Positions 1 to 12,239 of a DNA stretch of 64,000 bases are shown in pieces. Every line of letters starts with the position of its first letter. Within the stretch, counting starts at the first letter, position 1. The notes under the pieces were generated by a model. That model did not search any database. It saw only the letters and a program-made list of their open reading frames with translations, and was not told where the DNA came from. The translations under genes were made by a program, and so were the position numbers. Origin of the DNA: the human T2T-CHM13v2.0 reference genome, Homo sapiens; assembly GCF_009914755.1 (NCBI RefSeq), contig NC_060926.1. One strand, 5' to 3'.

Positions 1-2884
1 TGCTTCACAAATAACTACATCATCTGTCCACTAGCAGCATTTTATTTGAATCAATTCTGTTCCTCCCAATATCTTTTTCCTCCTTTCTTTTATATATAGA
101 ACTTAAAAGCTCTCAGGAACCATGTGTTGCCCTTTTGTTGAGGAAGGGGTCACAGCTTGTTCAATGTCCCATTTTGTGTTGAGGGCAATTATAATTAGAG
201 CCCTGGTCTATACCCCAGGCTAAAGCATCTGGGAGCCTGGTGAGGATGGAGTGGGGCCACTGAGGGCTTGAGCCCTCTTTTCCATGCACACTAGAAGGCA
301 GGAGTAGATCCCCCCCATTCCTGTTCTTTGCTGGCCCTGATGCAAGAGAAAAGTAGGAAGTAGCAGAGAACCAGAGAGGCAAGCACCTTGGTTATGTAAT
401 ATCCACCAAATACCGTTCTAACATATATTAGCCAATTATATGTTTCTCAAACAGCCTGGGAAGCTTCTCAAAATATTTTTATCAACATAATCAAGTACTG
501 TAAGAAAAACAGGTAAGCTAGAACCAACATACCTCTGACTGTAAAGTGCCGAAAATTCTAGGGTTTAGTTCAAGGCTAACCTTAACTAGGAAGCTATTTT
601 GAATTTTACTATGAAATAATGCAAAGAGAAAGGAAGAGACCTTCGGTTAAACAGCTGCAATTAATAGGATGGTGAAGTCTATGGAGAGCTGGCCTGGTGG
701 AACTGGCTTTCATGGCTAGACACGGACAAATTGCCCAAGGTGGAATGAGTATTCTGTGGCAAACTGCCCTAGGAAGCCTAGCCTCTTTGTCTCTATCTGT
801 GTCTGGCATCCACGCTGAGTTTATCTTAATTAGAGCTAAAATGTAAAACTGTCTCCTTGATAGATTTCCTCCATGGTCCTCTTCAGAGTAGGTGGAACCA
901 GATATTGTTTTCAGAGGATTGAGGTCATCATCACCATCATCTTGACCAAATGTGTATCCTGACCTTAATGTAGAGACCCACCTAATATCTTCCTGACAGA
1001 CTAACATGGGGGGAAGTCACATATTGGAATCTGTTAGTTTCCATATGCATGCTGAATATTATCTTAGGCCTGAGAGCCAATTTTGTCTTGTTGAAAGATC
1101 TAATGAGTTTCCTCTCTAGGAGATGGGCAGTCTAGCAGTAAGTCAGCCTGGGAGTAATTTTGGCTCTGGCTTGAAACCCAGTCCCAGGAGAGAAGTTTTT
1201 ACTGTTACTTATGGGCCAAGGTCTCCTCATCTCTTTCAGTTCCACTTTCACTAATATGGGTCCATCTGTCCCAGTTCTCCACCTGGAAATTTCCCACCCC
1301 TACCATTCTGACTATAGAAATTGCCTTAGCTCTTACCAGTCCTTCTGGGCAATGGTTCCTGAATGCTGCCCTTAATCTTCAATTCATAAGCCACAACTTT
1401 CCAGTAAGCACCTGGACTCTCCATGTTCTTCCCACCTGGACTCTCCACCTAACCCTAGATCCCACTCCCATGACACAGTGGGCCATCTACTTGGCCAGCC
1501 GCCACCTCCAGTAGGCTGCTCAGCCTGCAGCCTGCCACCTGCTTGGACTGCTGTCTCCAGCTCTCAGCGATCCTCCTTTCACCTTTCACTTATTTTCCCC
1601 CTTCTTATCACTTTCTTTCTTTGTTCTTCTCCTGATCTCTCTTTCACCTGTCCAAAGGCCCTCCGTCCCACTTGTCTATGGCTCACAAGTCTCTGCAGTC
1701 CAACTGGACTCTTCAAGTCAAATAATTCCTGCCTCCACAAAAGTTGAATTATAGATCTTGCTGGGCTATAGTAATAGCAGTAGGGCTAAGTAGGAAGGAG
1801 CAATTAGGTACACAAATGAACTAAACTTGGCTCTTAGACTGAGTCTTAGTATTTCATTGGATAATGTGGCAATGAAGAAATTAGTTACAATGAAAGGCAA
1901 ATTATACCAAAAGACATTAGAGGTGAAAAATTAAAATAAAAAGTCCATGTTTCTAGCTTCCAACTCCTCTGCTCATTTCATTTCTTATTTGTACACAGTA
2001 TGCTCTGAACCCCTTTATTCTGCAGAATGATTATAGAGCTTCCTACAGCATCATTGTCCACCTTAGCCCTATCTGTGGCACTATACAGACAGGACTTCCT
2101 CACGATGAGAAAATAACACCTTTTACTCTGTGGCATACATTTCCCTCCCTTTCATTCAGTATTTGGGATCTACATGCTGAGTTCAAGCCCATATACTACA
2201 TTTTCCTCTTTTTTTTTTTTCTTAAATGCTCAGCTCATCTCATGAGTGAAAAAAGAATTTTCTCTTCTGCCTCCCACATCATAATGCAGCACAAAAAGTA
2301 CTCCCATCCTCCATCTGATGTCTATCTTGTTCAAGAATCTGCACCCATCTACTCCATAGAGAGACATAAAAATTTCACTTAGGAATGAGTCATGAATTGT
2401 TCTTTAAACGTTGGATCAAAGGAGCTTGTAAAGCCCAGGTTATTAGTGCATGTGTACAGTGTGTGTGTAAGGGAACAAGTGGATGGTTCAGATGCAAAAG
2501 TCTAGGAATGGGACCTGGACCTCTTGTTGCCATTACTCCTGCCTAAGGATGAGAATGAGTAACAATCTATAGGGTGTTATTCTGTATAGAACCATATAAT
2601 TATGTAAGTTTGAGAGAGGGTGGCATGACATAAACAAAAAGTGACAAATATTAAAGACATCAAAGTCATCTCTTAACCTTAGAGTTATTATCAGTCACTT
2701 ACCCCTCTTATTATTCATTTGAGCACTAGTTGCTCAAATATAACCCATGGATTGAACTGTTCATGAACGCACTATTAGAATAGATCATAGGGTCCTTTGT
2801 ATTTCTACAATTTCTTGTACAAATTTCTATCCCCTCTGTAACATAACCATCTGCTTATGTTTTAGTGTTTCTTATTAGGTTGTG

Positions 2885-3000
2885 AATAATTTGAGGGCAG
2901 GGCATGTGCCTCAATTACCTATGCAAAACAGCTAGAACAGTGCCTGATACCAGATAGATGCTCAATAAACAATCATTGAATGACTGAATGGAAGGATGAA
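2885..3000 (+). mobile_element. L2 LINE 3' end fragment
   Basis: GAGGGCAGGG...AGAACAGTGCCTGATACCAGATAGATGCTCAATAAA...TGAATGA resembles the L2 3' terminus. Confidence 0.7.
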
Positions 3001-3094
3001 AAATGTGGCATTCGTTGAACTCATTCTTCATGATTGGAAGATTACATTTTGTCCAGAATGTTTTATTGATCCTGGAAGTTCTCTGTTTTTCAAG

Positions 3095-3195
3095 GAAAGT
3101 GTCAGCAGCAAAGGAAACCATAATTACTGAGGTTGCTAAAAACCTTGGTTCCTCCAAAGAATGCTTTATCAACCACCATTACGTTTTCCTGGTAG
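3095..3195 (+). ncRNA. Candidate internal exon of a spliced (probably non-coding) transcript
   Basis: Acceptor TTCTCTGTTTTTCAAG|G at 3094/3095; tandem donors CTG|GTAGGT (3192) and TAG|GTGAGC (3196); unique sequence. Confidence 0.35.
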
Positions 3196-3349
3196 GTGAG
3201 CAAGTTTAAGAGGTTTCCTGGTTCCAATAGGAAAATTGACTTGAAAACTGAGAGGAAGATGGCTCCACTAATTGCTTTGTCATCCCTGCTAGTTGGTGAC
3301 TTTGAATGAAATAGCATTTTAATTTCTTGAACACCTACTCCCTTTAGAC

Positions 3350-3507
3350 ACTTGCTAAGCACTTTATATATAAGAACCAATTTCATTTTCTCCTAAGCAC
3401 TGCCAAATAAGTATAATTATGCCTGTTTTGTAAGATGATGGAATTGAGGTACAGAGAGATTTGAATAAGTTGCTCAGGATCATGTAGCTAGTAAGTGATG
3501 GACCCCG
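3350..3507 (-). mobile_element. MIR SINE
   Basis: GATGATGGAATTGAGGTACAGAGAGATTTGAATAAGTTGCTCAGGATCATGTAGCTAGTAAGTG matches the antisense MIR core. Confidence 0.75.
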
Positions 3508-3508
3508 A

Positions 3509-3815
3509 TTTTTTATTTTCATCTTGTTAGAGACAAGTTCTCACTCTGTTATCCAGGCTGGAGTAAAGTGGTGTGATTGTGGTTCAGTGTAGCCTCAAGC
3601 TCCTGAACTCAAGCAATCCTTCTGCCTCAGGCTTCTGAGTGTATGGGACTACAGTCATGGACCACCACACCAGGATCATTGTTTTCTATTTTTTTGTAGA
3701 GATGGGGGTCTCACTAAGTTTCCCAGGCAGGTCTCAAACTCCTAAACTCGAGTGATGCTCCCACCTCATCCTCCCAAAGTGGTAGGATTACAGATGTGTG
3801 CCACTGCACCAGGCC
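3509..3815 (-). mobile_element. AluJ SINE
   Basis: Diverged antisense Alu dimer (TCACTCTGTTATCCAGGCTGGAG...CCCAAAGTGGTAGGATTACAG) with AluJ-type positions. Confidence 0.9.
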
Positions 3816-4739
3816 TCAGATTTTTTTTTTTAATGGCCCACAGTTACCAAACCCTTTTCTCGGGGATTAGATAAAAAGTTTTGAATGACTGTCAGTGTAA
3901 ACACATTGCCTGCTAATGATCTATGATCTTATTTTAAATGGAAAATATTTTCTTTTGACCTAAATAATTAAATGCAAAGTATTTGCTGTGATAAAAGTCT
4001 TGGAATCCACAATAAAAATATTTGTACCTACCAGTCATGACTGAGCATGGGATGACTAATGGGTTACAATCAGAGTTGGGAAGGTGGGTCATTATGATGT
4101 CATCTGGCATGTGATAATATAGATCAGGCCTGCACTCTCATGATTTGGAGATAGCCTCGTAGAAATGACAACCACAATGTTAATACTAACATATGTATTA
4201 CATGGCTTGTTTGTTCTTTCGCTTAATATTTTCAGAGCACCTACCTATTATAGGCACTGTGTAAGTTGCTAAGGATACAGACATTAATGTTTTATTCATT
4301 CAATCTCCTCAGTGTTTCTTTAATAATTTCTTTGCATCCTACACCCACTGTTTCTAACATGGCCTGGGTCCTTAGTTATTCTTTCCCAGAAACAATTCTC
4401 CTGAACTGCCTCTCAACCTCCTCACTGGTCTCTCAACCTCTAGTCTGTGTCCTTTCCAATTTAATTTCTGACTAATGTCAAGAGTTATTGGAGGCTCTTT
4501 GGTTAATATTCTTAACCCGTAACATGGTGCACAGGTTTCTCTTAATGACACCTGTATCTCCAAGACCCTCCTGAAACCTTTGTTAGCTAGTTTGGTCGAC
4601 TCTCTCTTTGCTCATATACCCATTCCTCTCTGATACTATGTGAAGCTGGATTTAAACTGTTAGTTAATTGTCAGTTTCCTAACTACCCTATGATCTTTTC
4701 AAGAAAAGGGATTTGAATACATACATTTTGTCTCCACAG

Positions 4740-4923
4740 CACTTCTCACAAAACTGGGACAACTAACTGTTTATCCAACATCTGCTGGCTAAATAAAGAC
4801 ATGATCTTCACCTTTTGGGATTGTTAATTTAAAATGGTTCCATAAGAGCAATGCAAAGACAGAGATATTTGGCAGCACTGCAGCTGGTGATTTATATGGC
4901 TCTTCACAAGGTGTTATTTTGGG
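4740..4923 (+). ncRNA. Candidate internal exon
   Basis: Acceptor CATTTTGTCTCCACAG|C (4739/4740) and consensus donor GGG|GTGAGT (4923/4924). Confidence 0.45.
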
Positions 4924-5966
4924 GTGAGTGATCATTTTAATGATCTTGTTTCAAATGGTCACACCCTACGTTCATCAGGACATTCTAGCCTTTTGCACAA
5001 AGACTTAGATGTACAAACATGCAGGATTCATAGCAATTAACTCCTACCCTCATTCTTTTATCTGTTCTCTTTCCTGCCTTTGTTGCTGTCCCTTACCCCT
5101 CCCTTCTTTCTCTTTGTCATCCTTTTTTCTTGTCCTGGATAGGATTACTTGACTATTTGATTATTACAATAGAGTTTTCTAAAGATTCACCATCAGAATG
5201 ATTTAACTGACATTTAAACATATTATTAAGGAAGTAGGATGTTGCTTGAAGGTCATAGTTTGGATTTGAAGTTTAAAGGTTTTCATAATGTTTAGTAAAG
5301 GTATCATAAATGCCATCTCTCCAAAACTAGTATTCCCATAGTCAATGACAATTGGATTTATTCAGGACTTAAATTTATTTAGCTTTGCCATGTAATATTT
5401 GTCAAAAAAGATTGCAGTTTCCAGGAAGTTCTTGTTTTGCACACTTGCTTCTTTGGCTAGCCTTGGCAGACACCTGAGACCTGTGAGGATAGTCTGTGTG
5501 AGGTGCTGCATGTCCTCATGTTCCTTCTCAGATAGAGTGGAGGCACCCACCAGACCATAGTTTCCCATTTTCTCAAAGGCAAACATCTACATCACAGGTG
5601 TGATCTGGGGTTTAAAGTGGGAGAAGTTTGGTGGGGCAAAGTTCATTTATCAGTCTAAACCCAACTAAATAGTAGACTAAACTCTCTCCATGGAACGGCC
5701 ATTTGAATGAATTATCTATCATAAGTGAGTTCATGAACTAAAACTTCTCACTAAATTAGGTTTGCTCTATACACAACATATTCCAAAGGCTACTGTCTGT
5801 ATTATGTCCTACAGGTATCAAGGTATGGATGCTTAAATCAGCTGCAGGAAGTAAGAAAGAAGAAAAAAGGAGTGATAAAGATAAAAAAAAATCAACCTTG
5901 GTCCTTCCACCAAGACCCATTAATTTCCATATCATCATCTGCATAAGAGGGAAGATTCCTACATGA
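4851..5966 (+). CDS. Hypothetical spliced 74-aa small ORF, join(4851..4923,5815..5966)
   Basis: Joining the candidate exons gives MQRQRYLAALQLVIYMALHKVLFWGIKVWMLKSAAGSKKEEKRSDKDKKKSTLVLPPRPINFHIIICIRGKIPT*; no homology recognised. Confidence 0.15.
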
Positions 5967-6020
5967 CCAGGTTACTGCAAGGATGTGAATTTTGAATATT
6001 AAAATATTATACACAATTGG
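5815..6020 (+). ncRNA. Candidate terminal exon
   Basis: Acceptor TATTATGTCCTACAG|G (5814/5815); poly(A) signals ATTAAA 5998-6003 and AATAAA 6090-6095. Confidence 0.35.
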
Positions 6021-7706
6021 AAATAACTGAAATCTACCAATGTTTTTACAATCCAGCATATTTACAAAAACAAATCCATCAAGACATCCAATAAATTAGT
6101 CTTGATGAGATTTGTAATGAGGCATTAAAGATAAGCTAAGTAAACTGTTAGAAACTTAGAAAAATATATTGTAGCGTAACATATCTAATCTTAGCTCATA
6201 TTTTATGCAAATAATTAGACAATAAATATTTAAAATAAACAAGAAATTTAAATCTTAAAAGAAACTAGACAAAGCAAATTTAATATTTTTGATTACCTAG
6301 CAAAGTTCAAAGCCATTATACTCTGAGTAGAAATTACAGTAGCTGGAAAGAAAATACTTTTTTTCCTTGTTACTCAAATCTATTGATTCTGTTTCAATCA
6401 CCAGTGAAAATTAAAGATTTTAGTATAAATGAAGTCATATTTAGCTTTTTAAAATTCCAGGGCAGTGTGGAGTTTGATATACTCTCTGCTTTCTGGAGAA
6501 AACTGCTCATTACAGGAGCTAATAGAAGAAAAAATAATTATTCCTATTGTTCCAGTTGTGCACCCACAGATATCATTTCACATAACAGTCACAACTGTTG
6601 ATAAGATTCCTAAATAGATCACGGAGGATCACTTGTGAGCAAATATTCTCATCTCTTTACAAAGGTCAAAGATATTTTCTTTTTGTAACTGGATGGACTT
6701 GCATAAGGTAATGAGCTTCATCTAGTGATAGCAAATGGCTGCAATTACAATTTGTGTTAGGGCAGTGTCTGCCCCAAATGTCATGGATCTATATTGGACA
6801 CACTGACACTAGATGAGTAAGACTACTCTGAGATGGAATGAGAGCACTCTGTATGTTGCTGGAAGAGAACAAAGAGACAGCATAGGGGGTATGACCACAA
6901 TCCCTCTCCCAGCAAGTCACTACTTTCAGGAAAGTCTCTGCTCCTGATGCCTTACCTTCCAAACCCCACTGCATACACGGACATCCCTTTCCTTTGCCCA
7001 CACAAAGGGTGACATTAGCTTCATACTATGTCTCTAGCACAAAGACAATACCACCAATGACAACAGAGACCTACAATCTTGCTACAACACAACCCCTGTT
7101 CTCTACAGATAAAACTTGGGGTTGTGAGAACTTTAAAACGTGTGTGTCCTGTGTGCGTGTTTGAGAATGGCTCAAGCATCTCCTTTCTGTGCATGCCTTT
7201 CTGACCCCATGGGCAGCTTTAAACCTCCATCATTCACATTCAAACCCACTGAAAACTTCTAAAGGTTTAGAAGTTATTTTCAGCACCCTGAGGTACAAAC
7301 CTCTCTAATCAACAAATCTGGACTTACATCTGAGGATAGCAGATAGCCTCAAGAGATTTTACAATGTTTTGCTCCCAAATAAGCTGAAGATATAAGAATA
7401 TCACAATCTTTTTCAATTTCTGTCTCTCTGTGCTTGTATGTATTTTCAATACAACTTCTTCACTTCCATTGCAGATTATAACGAAAGACAAAATATATGC
7501 TGCAGTTGGGGTGGAGAAATTGAAGGAGAGAAACACAGGTGAATCTAGAAATTTGAGAAAATGTCTAAATAGAACACTAATTTTTGGAGGCCTAGGGTTT
7601 CTGCTAAATCAGACAAGGTAACATATGCATATGAAAAAGGAAAGTGATCTTAAGAGAAGAACATGAATGGTCTTGTCCTTGGACTAGACATTCAGAGAGG
7701 GGCCCT

Positions 7707-8648
7707 GTGCCAGAGATCTCCAAGCCCACCCCCGGGTCTGGTAATTTGCTAGAAGGATTTGTAGGATTCAACCATCATTATACTCACAGCTAAGACATAT
7801 TACAGTGAAAGGATACTGTATTAGTCCATTTTCATGCTGTTGATTAAGATATACCCAAGACTGGGTAATTTACAAAAGAAAGAAGTTTATTGGACTTATA
7901 GTTCCATGTGGCTGGAGAGGCCTCACAAATCATGGTGGCAGGTGAAAGGCAAAGAGGAGCAAGTCATGTCTTACATGGATGGCAGCAGGCAATGAAAAAG
8001 CTTGTGCAGGGAAACTCCCGTTTTTAATACAATCAGATCTCATGAGACTTATTTACTATCACCTATCACAAGAACAGCACAGGAAAGACCCACTCCCATA
8101 ATTCAATCACCTCCCACCAGGTTCCTCCCATGACACTTGGGAATTGTGGGAGTTACAATTCAAGATGAGATTTGGGTGGGGACACAGCCGAACCGTATCA
8201 GATATGAAGCAAGCACAGCAATGGGAAAAGACACTTGTGCTGAAAGCACTAGCTTCAAAACAGTCTATGCCAGTGGAAGTCACACAGGACTTAATTCACC
8301 AGCAATGAGCTGTGGCAACACAAAAGAAGTGTTGTCTATCAGGGAAGTACATTACAGACTCAGCGTCCAAGCTTTATACTGCAGGATGTTCACATAGACA
8401 CCTTCTGCATAACACATTTAAAAATGCCAAGTGCACAGAAACAAAGCAGGTATACAGTATAAAGAAATTGTTTATACGGTTTCTGCACAGTGAGCCACTC
8501 TGACCATTCAGAAAATGTTTAATATCAGTGTGAGCAACTATTTACCAGTCAAGTTACCAGACACCAGTCAGTCAAAGATGGACCTTGTAAGAAGGCCTTT
8601 CTAAGGAGAGGCAGTCTCAGGCCAGCTGCATTCACTCTTCTCTGCTCA
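7707..8648. mobile_element. MER21-like LTR, split by a THE1 LTR
   Basis: TTTGCTAGAAGGA...TTATACTCACAGCTAAG...TTACAGTGAAAGGATAC resumes after 8200; ends CAGTCTCAGGCC...TTCACTCTTCTCTGCTCA. Confidence 0.7.
7817..8200 (-). mobile_element. THE1 (MaLR) solo LTR, THE1B/C-like
   Basis: TGTATTAGTCCATTTTCATGCTG...GGGACACAGCCGAACCGTATCA; 5-bp TSD GATAC/GATAT. Confidence 0.92.
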
Positions 8649-9798
8649 GCACCCTAACTCCCGAGCTGCTTTTTTCCCATACTGTGTGCAGAGCTTTAAG
8701 AAGACCTCATCTCTACATAGTTTACTATTCACATTTCAAAAATATTCACATTTACTATTCAGATATATTCACATTTGGAAAATACATTTCCCATTCTTTA
8801 TTCAATTGCTTTAAGGAAAGCAGGATTAGGGAATCATGAAAGAGTTGGTGTTCATAACAGAAGCTTCTCTTAAGACAATTTTGGCACTTCTGAGATTTCA
8901 GGTAAAATTTGAAAGCTTTTGAGACATTTTGTTTTAACTTTGGGAAAATTTACTAAAACTCTCAGTTCAACCTAGAATTCCAGGGGGCCCCAAGGAGTTT
9001 TAACAATTTGGATTCAGCTTTCCAGACTTCCTGTTTTCTATGGTTTGAGTTCTTCCCATGATAATCTATGGCAGAGCACAGAAGACTCCATGTAGCCACC
9101 TTGACTGGGCACCCTTATTTTTTCCACTCACATTTTGGGCTCCTGGAGTAAGAAGATAATGCAGTTACGGACAAGGCTCTAGTGTCATCAGCACAACTTC
9201 CAGTTTCTTCTCCCAAAGAGGAATTGAACAATTTTGGCCATATTCCTCCCTTCTCACCTGGCATGTATCTGTCGAAACGCCATTTTATCTTTTTCTAAAC
9301 TAACATTATGGTTAAAGACTCTTTTTGAGAACTGGTCCCTGATTTCTGACTGCAAGTTTCCTACTTCCTCTGAACGTCCTGCCTCTCTTCTCTGTGCCTC
9401 AAGTAGTACATGTAAGATAAGTCACTCTATGTGATCATCATTTTGGTATATGCATTCAATTCCTACGTAAATGTGAAATTCTGCATGACAGAGCCTCTTC
9501 AGATATGCAACAACATGCCCTCTGAGAAAACAACATTATACGTATCACTTAAGTAAGAGAAAGAGAAAAACAAAGTCAAAATAGGCTTGAGCAAGCAGGC
9601 ACCAGGAAAGGGTGGGCAGAAACTACCCACTCGTCCACGAATTAGAGCTTGGAGTTAGAAAATAGAGGAATGATGTACAGATTAACGTAGCAAGAGAGGT
9701 CTTTTCTGGGGGAAGCTGGAAATCCAACCTTGTAAGCAAAAATTGAGATCAATACTAACAAAATTATTTAAGGAGTCAAGACAGGAAAAATTACATTT

Positions 9799-10104
9799 CA
9801 GTATTTCCCAACCGATCTATGAAACATAGTCCTGTTTCGTGTCAGTCAAAGAAAAAAAAAGAAAAATATTCATTTCCAAATAAGTTTGAGAAATATTGCA
9901 TACTACATTCCATTCTTACTGTAAGAATGGAATGTAGTATGCAATATTGTAAGGAATTATCATTTTAAAAGCATCCAGAAGACCTGTAGTAAAGGTCAAA
10001 TTTATTTGATTAGAAATGCACCATCTTATTTTTTTAAAACTTCTGTATTTTGTTTTTTATTAGCATAGATTTAGGTTCCATGGAAGATAGTTTGGGAAAC
10101 AGTG
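9799..10104. mobile_element. hAT-Charlie non-autonomous DNA transposon (MER113-like)
   Basis: Termini CAGTATTTCCCAA / TTTGGGAAACAGTG; internal CAAATAAGTTTGAGAAA motif. Confidence 0.55.
9892..9948. repeat. Perfect palindrome, 28-bp arms, 1-nt spacer
   Basis: AATATTGCATACTACATTCCATTCTTAC-T-GTAAGAATGGAATGTAGTATGCAATATT. Confidence 0.98.
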
Positions 10105-10489
10105 TTATCCATGCATTCTTAAAATCAGTGTTTTATTATCCTTGGTCTCTGTGAAATATCAGTCTATCAGCTGATTTCTGCCCCTACAATTTCATGAGTT
10201 TTGCCTCAGACTCATAGTTATTGCCTAATATGTTGCTTTATGAGTTAAATAGGACCTAATATCATCAGTGTACTTGCATAAAAAAGTCAGGCTGTATACT
10301 TGACAATCCGAGTATAAAATGGGAAAAACCCAACCCTAAGAAAGAAAAAATAGATGTATTTCATAATAAAGTCTATTCAAGGGCTAGAAAGCCTTATATT
10401 GTCAAAACCACTCACAGGTGATTATTAAGTGAGAGAATATTGCGTCTACTTTCTCAGATGCTGCTGGGTCCCAGGTTTTAAAACCACAG

Positions 10490-10660
10490 TCTGACCCAGG
10501 ATCCTTTCCCCAGCTTTGCGATTCATTTGCTGTGAAACCAAGTGTAAGTTACTTGATTTTACTATCTTTGGTTTTCTGATCTATAAATGAGGGTAGCAGT
10601 GCACACCCATCACAGGCATGGAGAGGAAATTAACATAAATGACTTCGACCTCTTTGCAAA
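10490..10660 (+). mobile_element. MIR SINE
   Basis: CCCAGCTTTGCGATTCATTTGCTGTG...AAGTTACTTGA...GGTTTTCTGATCTATAAATGAGGG. Confidence 0.65.
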
Positions 10661-11566
10661 TATGAAATCCTGGTGATCTGTGCTAAAAAGACTAACTCTG
10701 TCTTCATGCTCCATTTCCCTTTCTCACTCCCCCAGGGAGACTTATGCTTGTCTCAGGGCAGTGGAAAAAAAAAAGTCAACATACAGAAAGGTCAGTGTGT
10801 GTGGCCAACCAAACGTGATATCCAGCTAGAAGTCCAGCTTATTCTAACTGAGCATTAAGTAGAAACAAGGTCTCTCAGATGGCTGTTCCCTTGTCTCATC
10901 TCTCAAATAGCTATCCACTTTTCTACAGATTTCAATTAGGTTTCAAAGTTTGTCTGCAGTGATGATAATTTCTGTCATCTCAACACCTTTGTGACATGAG
11001 TAGAACGAGCATTAGAGTTGAACAGGTTATTATTTGTTTTTCAGATAATAAAAAGTGAACCCAAAGGAATTAAAGGAATTGATCAGTAACACAGAGTACT
11101 AGCCTTAGACTTAGCTTCTGAAAAAGAGACACTATGTAATGTACCTCACCCTAAGTTGTCTTACAGTGGCCTCATTCAGGATCAGAGCTTAACCATCACG
11201 ACACATGGGTGAGGGGAAGATAAATCACTGTTCCTCCAGCATCCAAAAATATATCCAATCCCCCATTCTTCATGGCCATGTGGAAGAAAGGTAGGTCTCA
11301 CAACCCTAAGCTGTCAAACTCAGAACCAAATGGAAGTCTTTTGAAAGCTTTAGTAGAATCACAGAATCTCATATTTGAATAGGAGCTCAAAGGTTATCTG
11401 TGCAGCTTTCAGGCCAATGAATTCTGTATGGTACCTTGTTGCTTACTCAGTCTTTGTTCAGCTCTGTCAACATTTTCTCCATCTCACCATCAACTACCAG
11501 AGTTGTCTCACAGCTGTGCATGCCTAACCATCTCTATAGGCAGAGTGGTTTATAAAAGTATGAGTT

Positions 11567-12067
11567 ATTTCACTCAGGATAATGAACCCCAGCTCCAACC
11601 ATGTTGCTGTGAAGGACATGATTTCATTATTTTTTTATGGCTTCATAGTATTCCATGGTGAATATAAATGTCACATTTTCTTTAGTCAATTAATTATTGA
11701 TGGACACTTAGGTTGAGTCTATGACTTTGCTCTTATAAATAGTGCTGTGATAAACATACAAAGACAGGTGTCTTTTTGATAAATTTTTTAATTTTCCTTT
11801 GGGTGGGTAGCCAATAGTAGGATTGCTAGGTCAAATGATTTTTCTATTTTCAGTTCTTTAAGAAATGGGTACACATGGACATGAAGATGGAAGTAATAAA
11901 CATTGAGGACTCTAAAAGGAGGGAGAGAGGGCAAGGTGTGAGGGTGGAAAAACTACCTATGAGGTACCATATTCACTGTTTGGGACGTAGATTCGTGAGA
12001 AGCCCAAACTTCACCACTATGCAATACACCCATGTAACAGAGGAATAAAGCCTAGAATAATTTTTTT
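11567..12067. mobile_element. 5'-inverted (twin-primed) L1 insertion, L1PB/old L1PA type
   Basis: Antisense ORF2-end segment 11567-11865 joined to sense 3'UTR 11864-12060; TSD AAGTATGAGTT (11556-11566) / AAGTGTGAGTT (12068-12078). Confidence 0.8.
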
Positions 12068-12239
12068 AAGTGTGAGTTTTATTTTTCTGTCTCTGTATTC
12101 CCAGGAACCAGTCAAAATCTGTTCCCAAAGATGTGTCAACAAATAATTTGACAGCATCTCTTTTCTGCCAAACTAGAGCAATTCAATAGCCTTTTATTGT
12201 TTTTCCTACTTTCACCTAATTGTTTCCCTTAGTATAGCC

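Noticed and set aside
609-1007. 132-aa minus-strand ORF
   Set aside because: No recognisable domain or exon structure; within chance expectation
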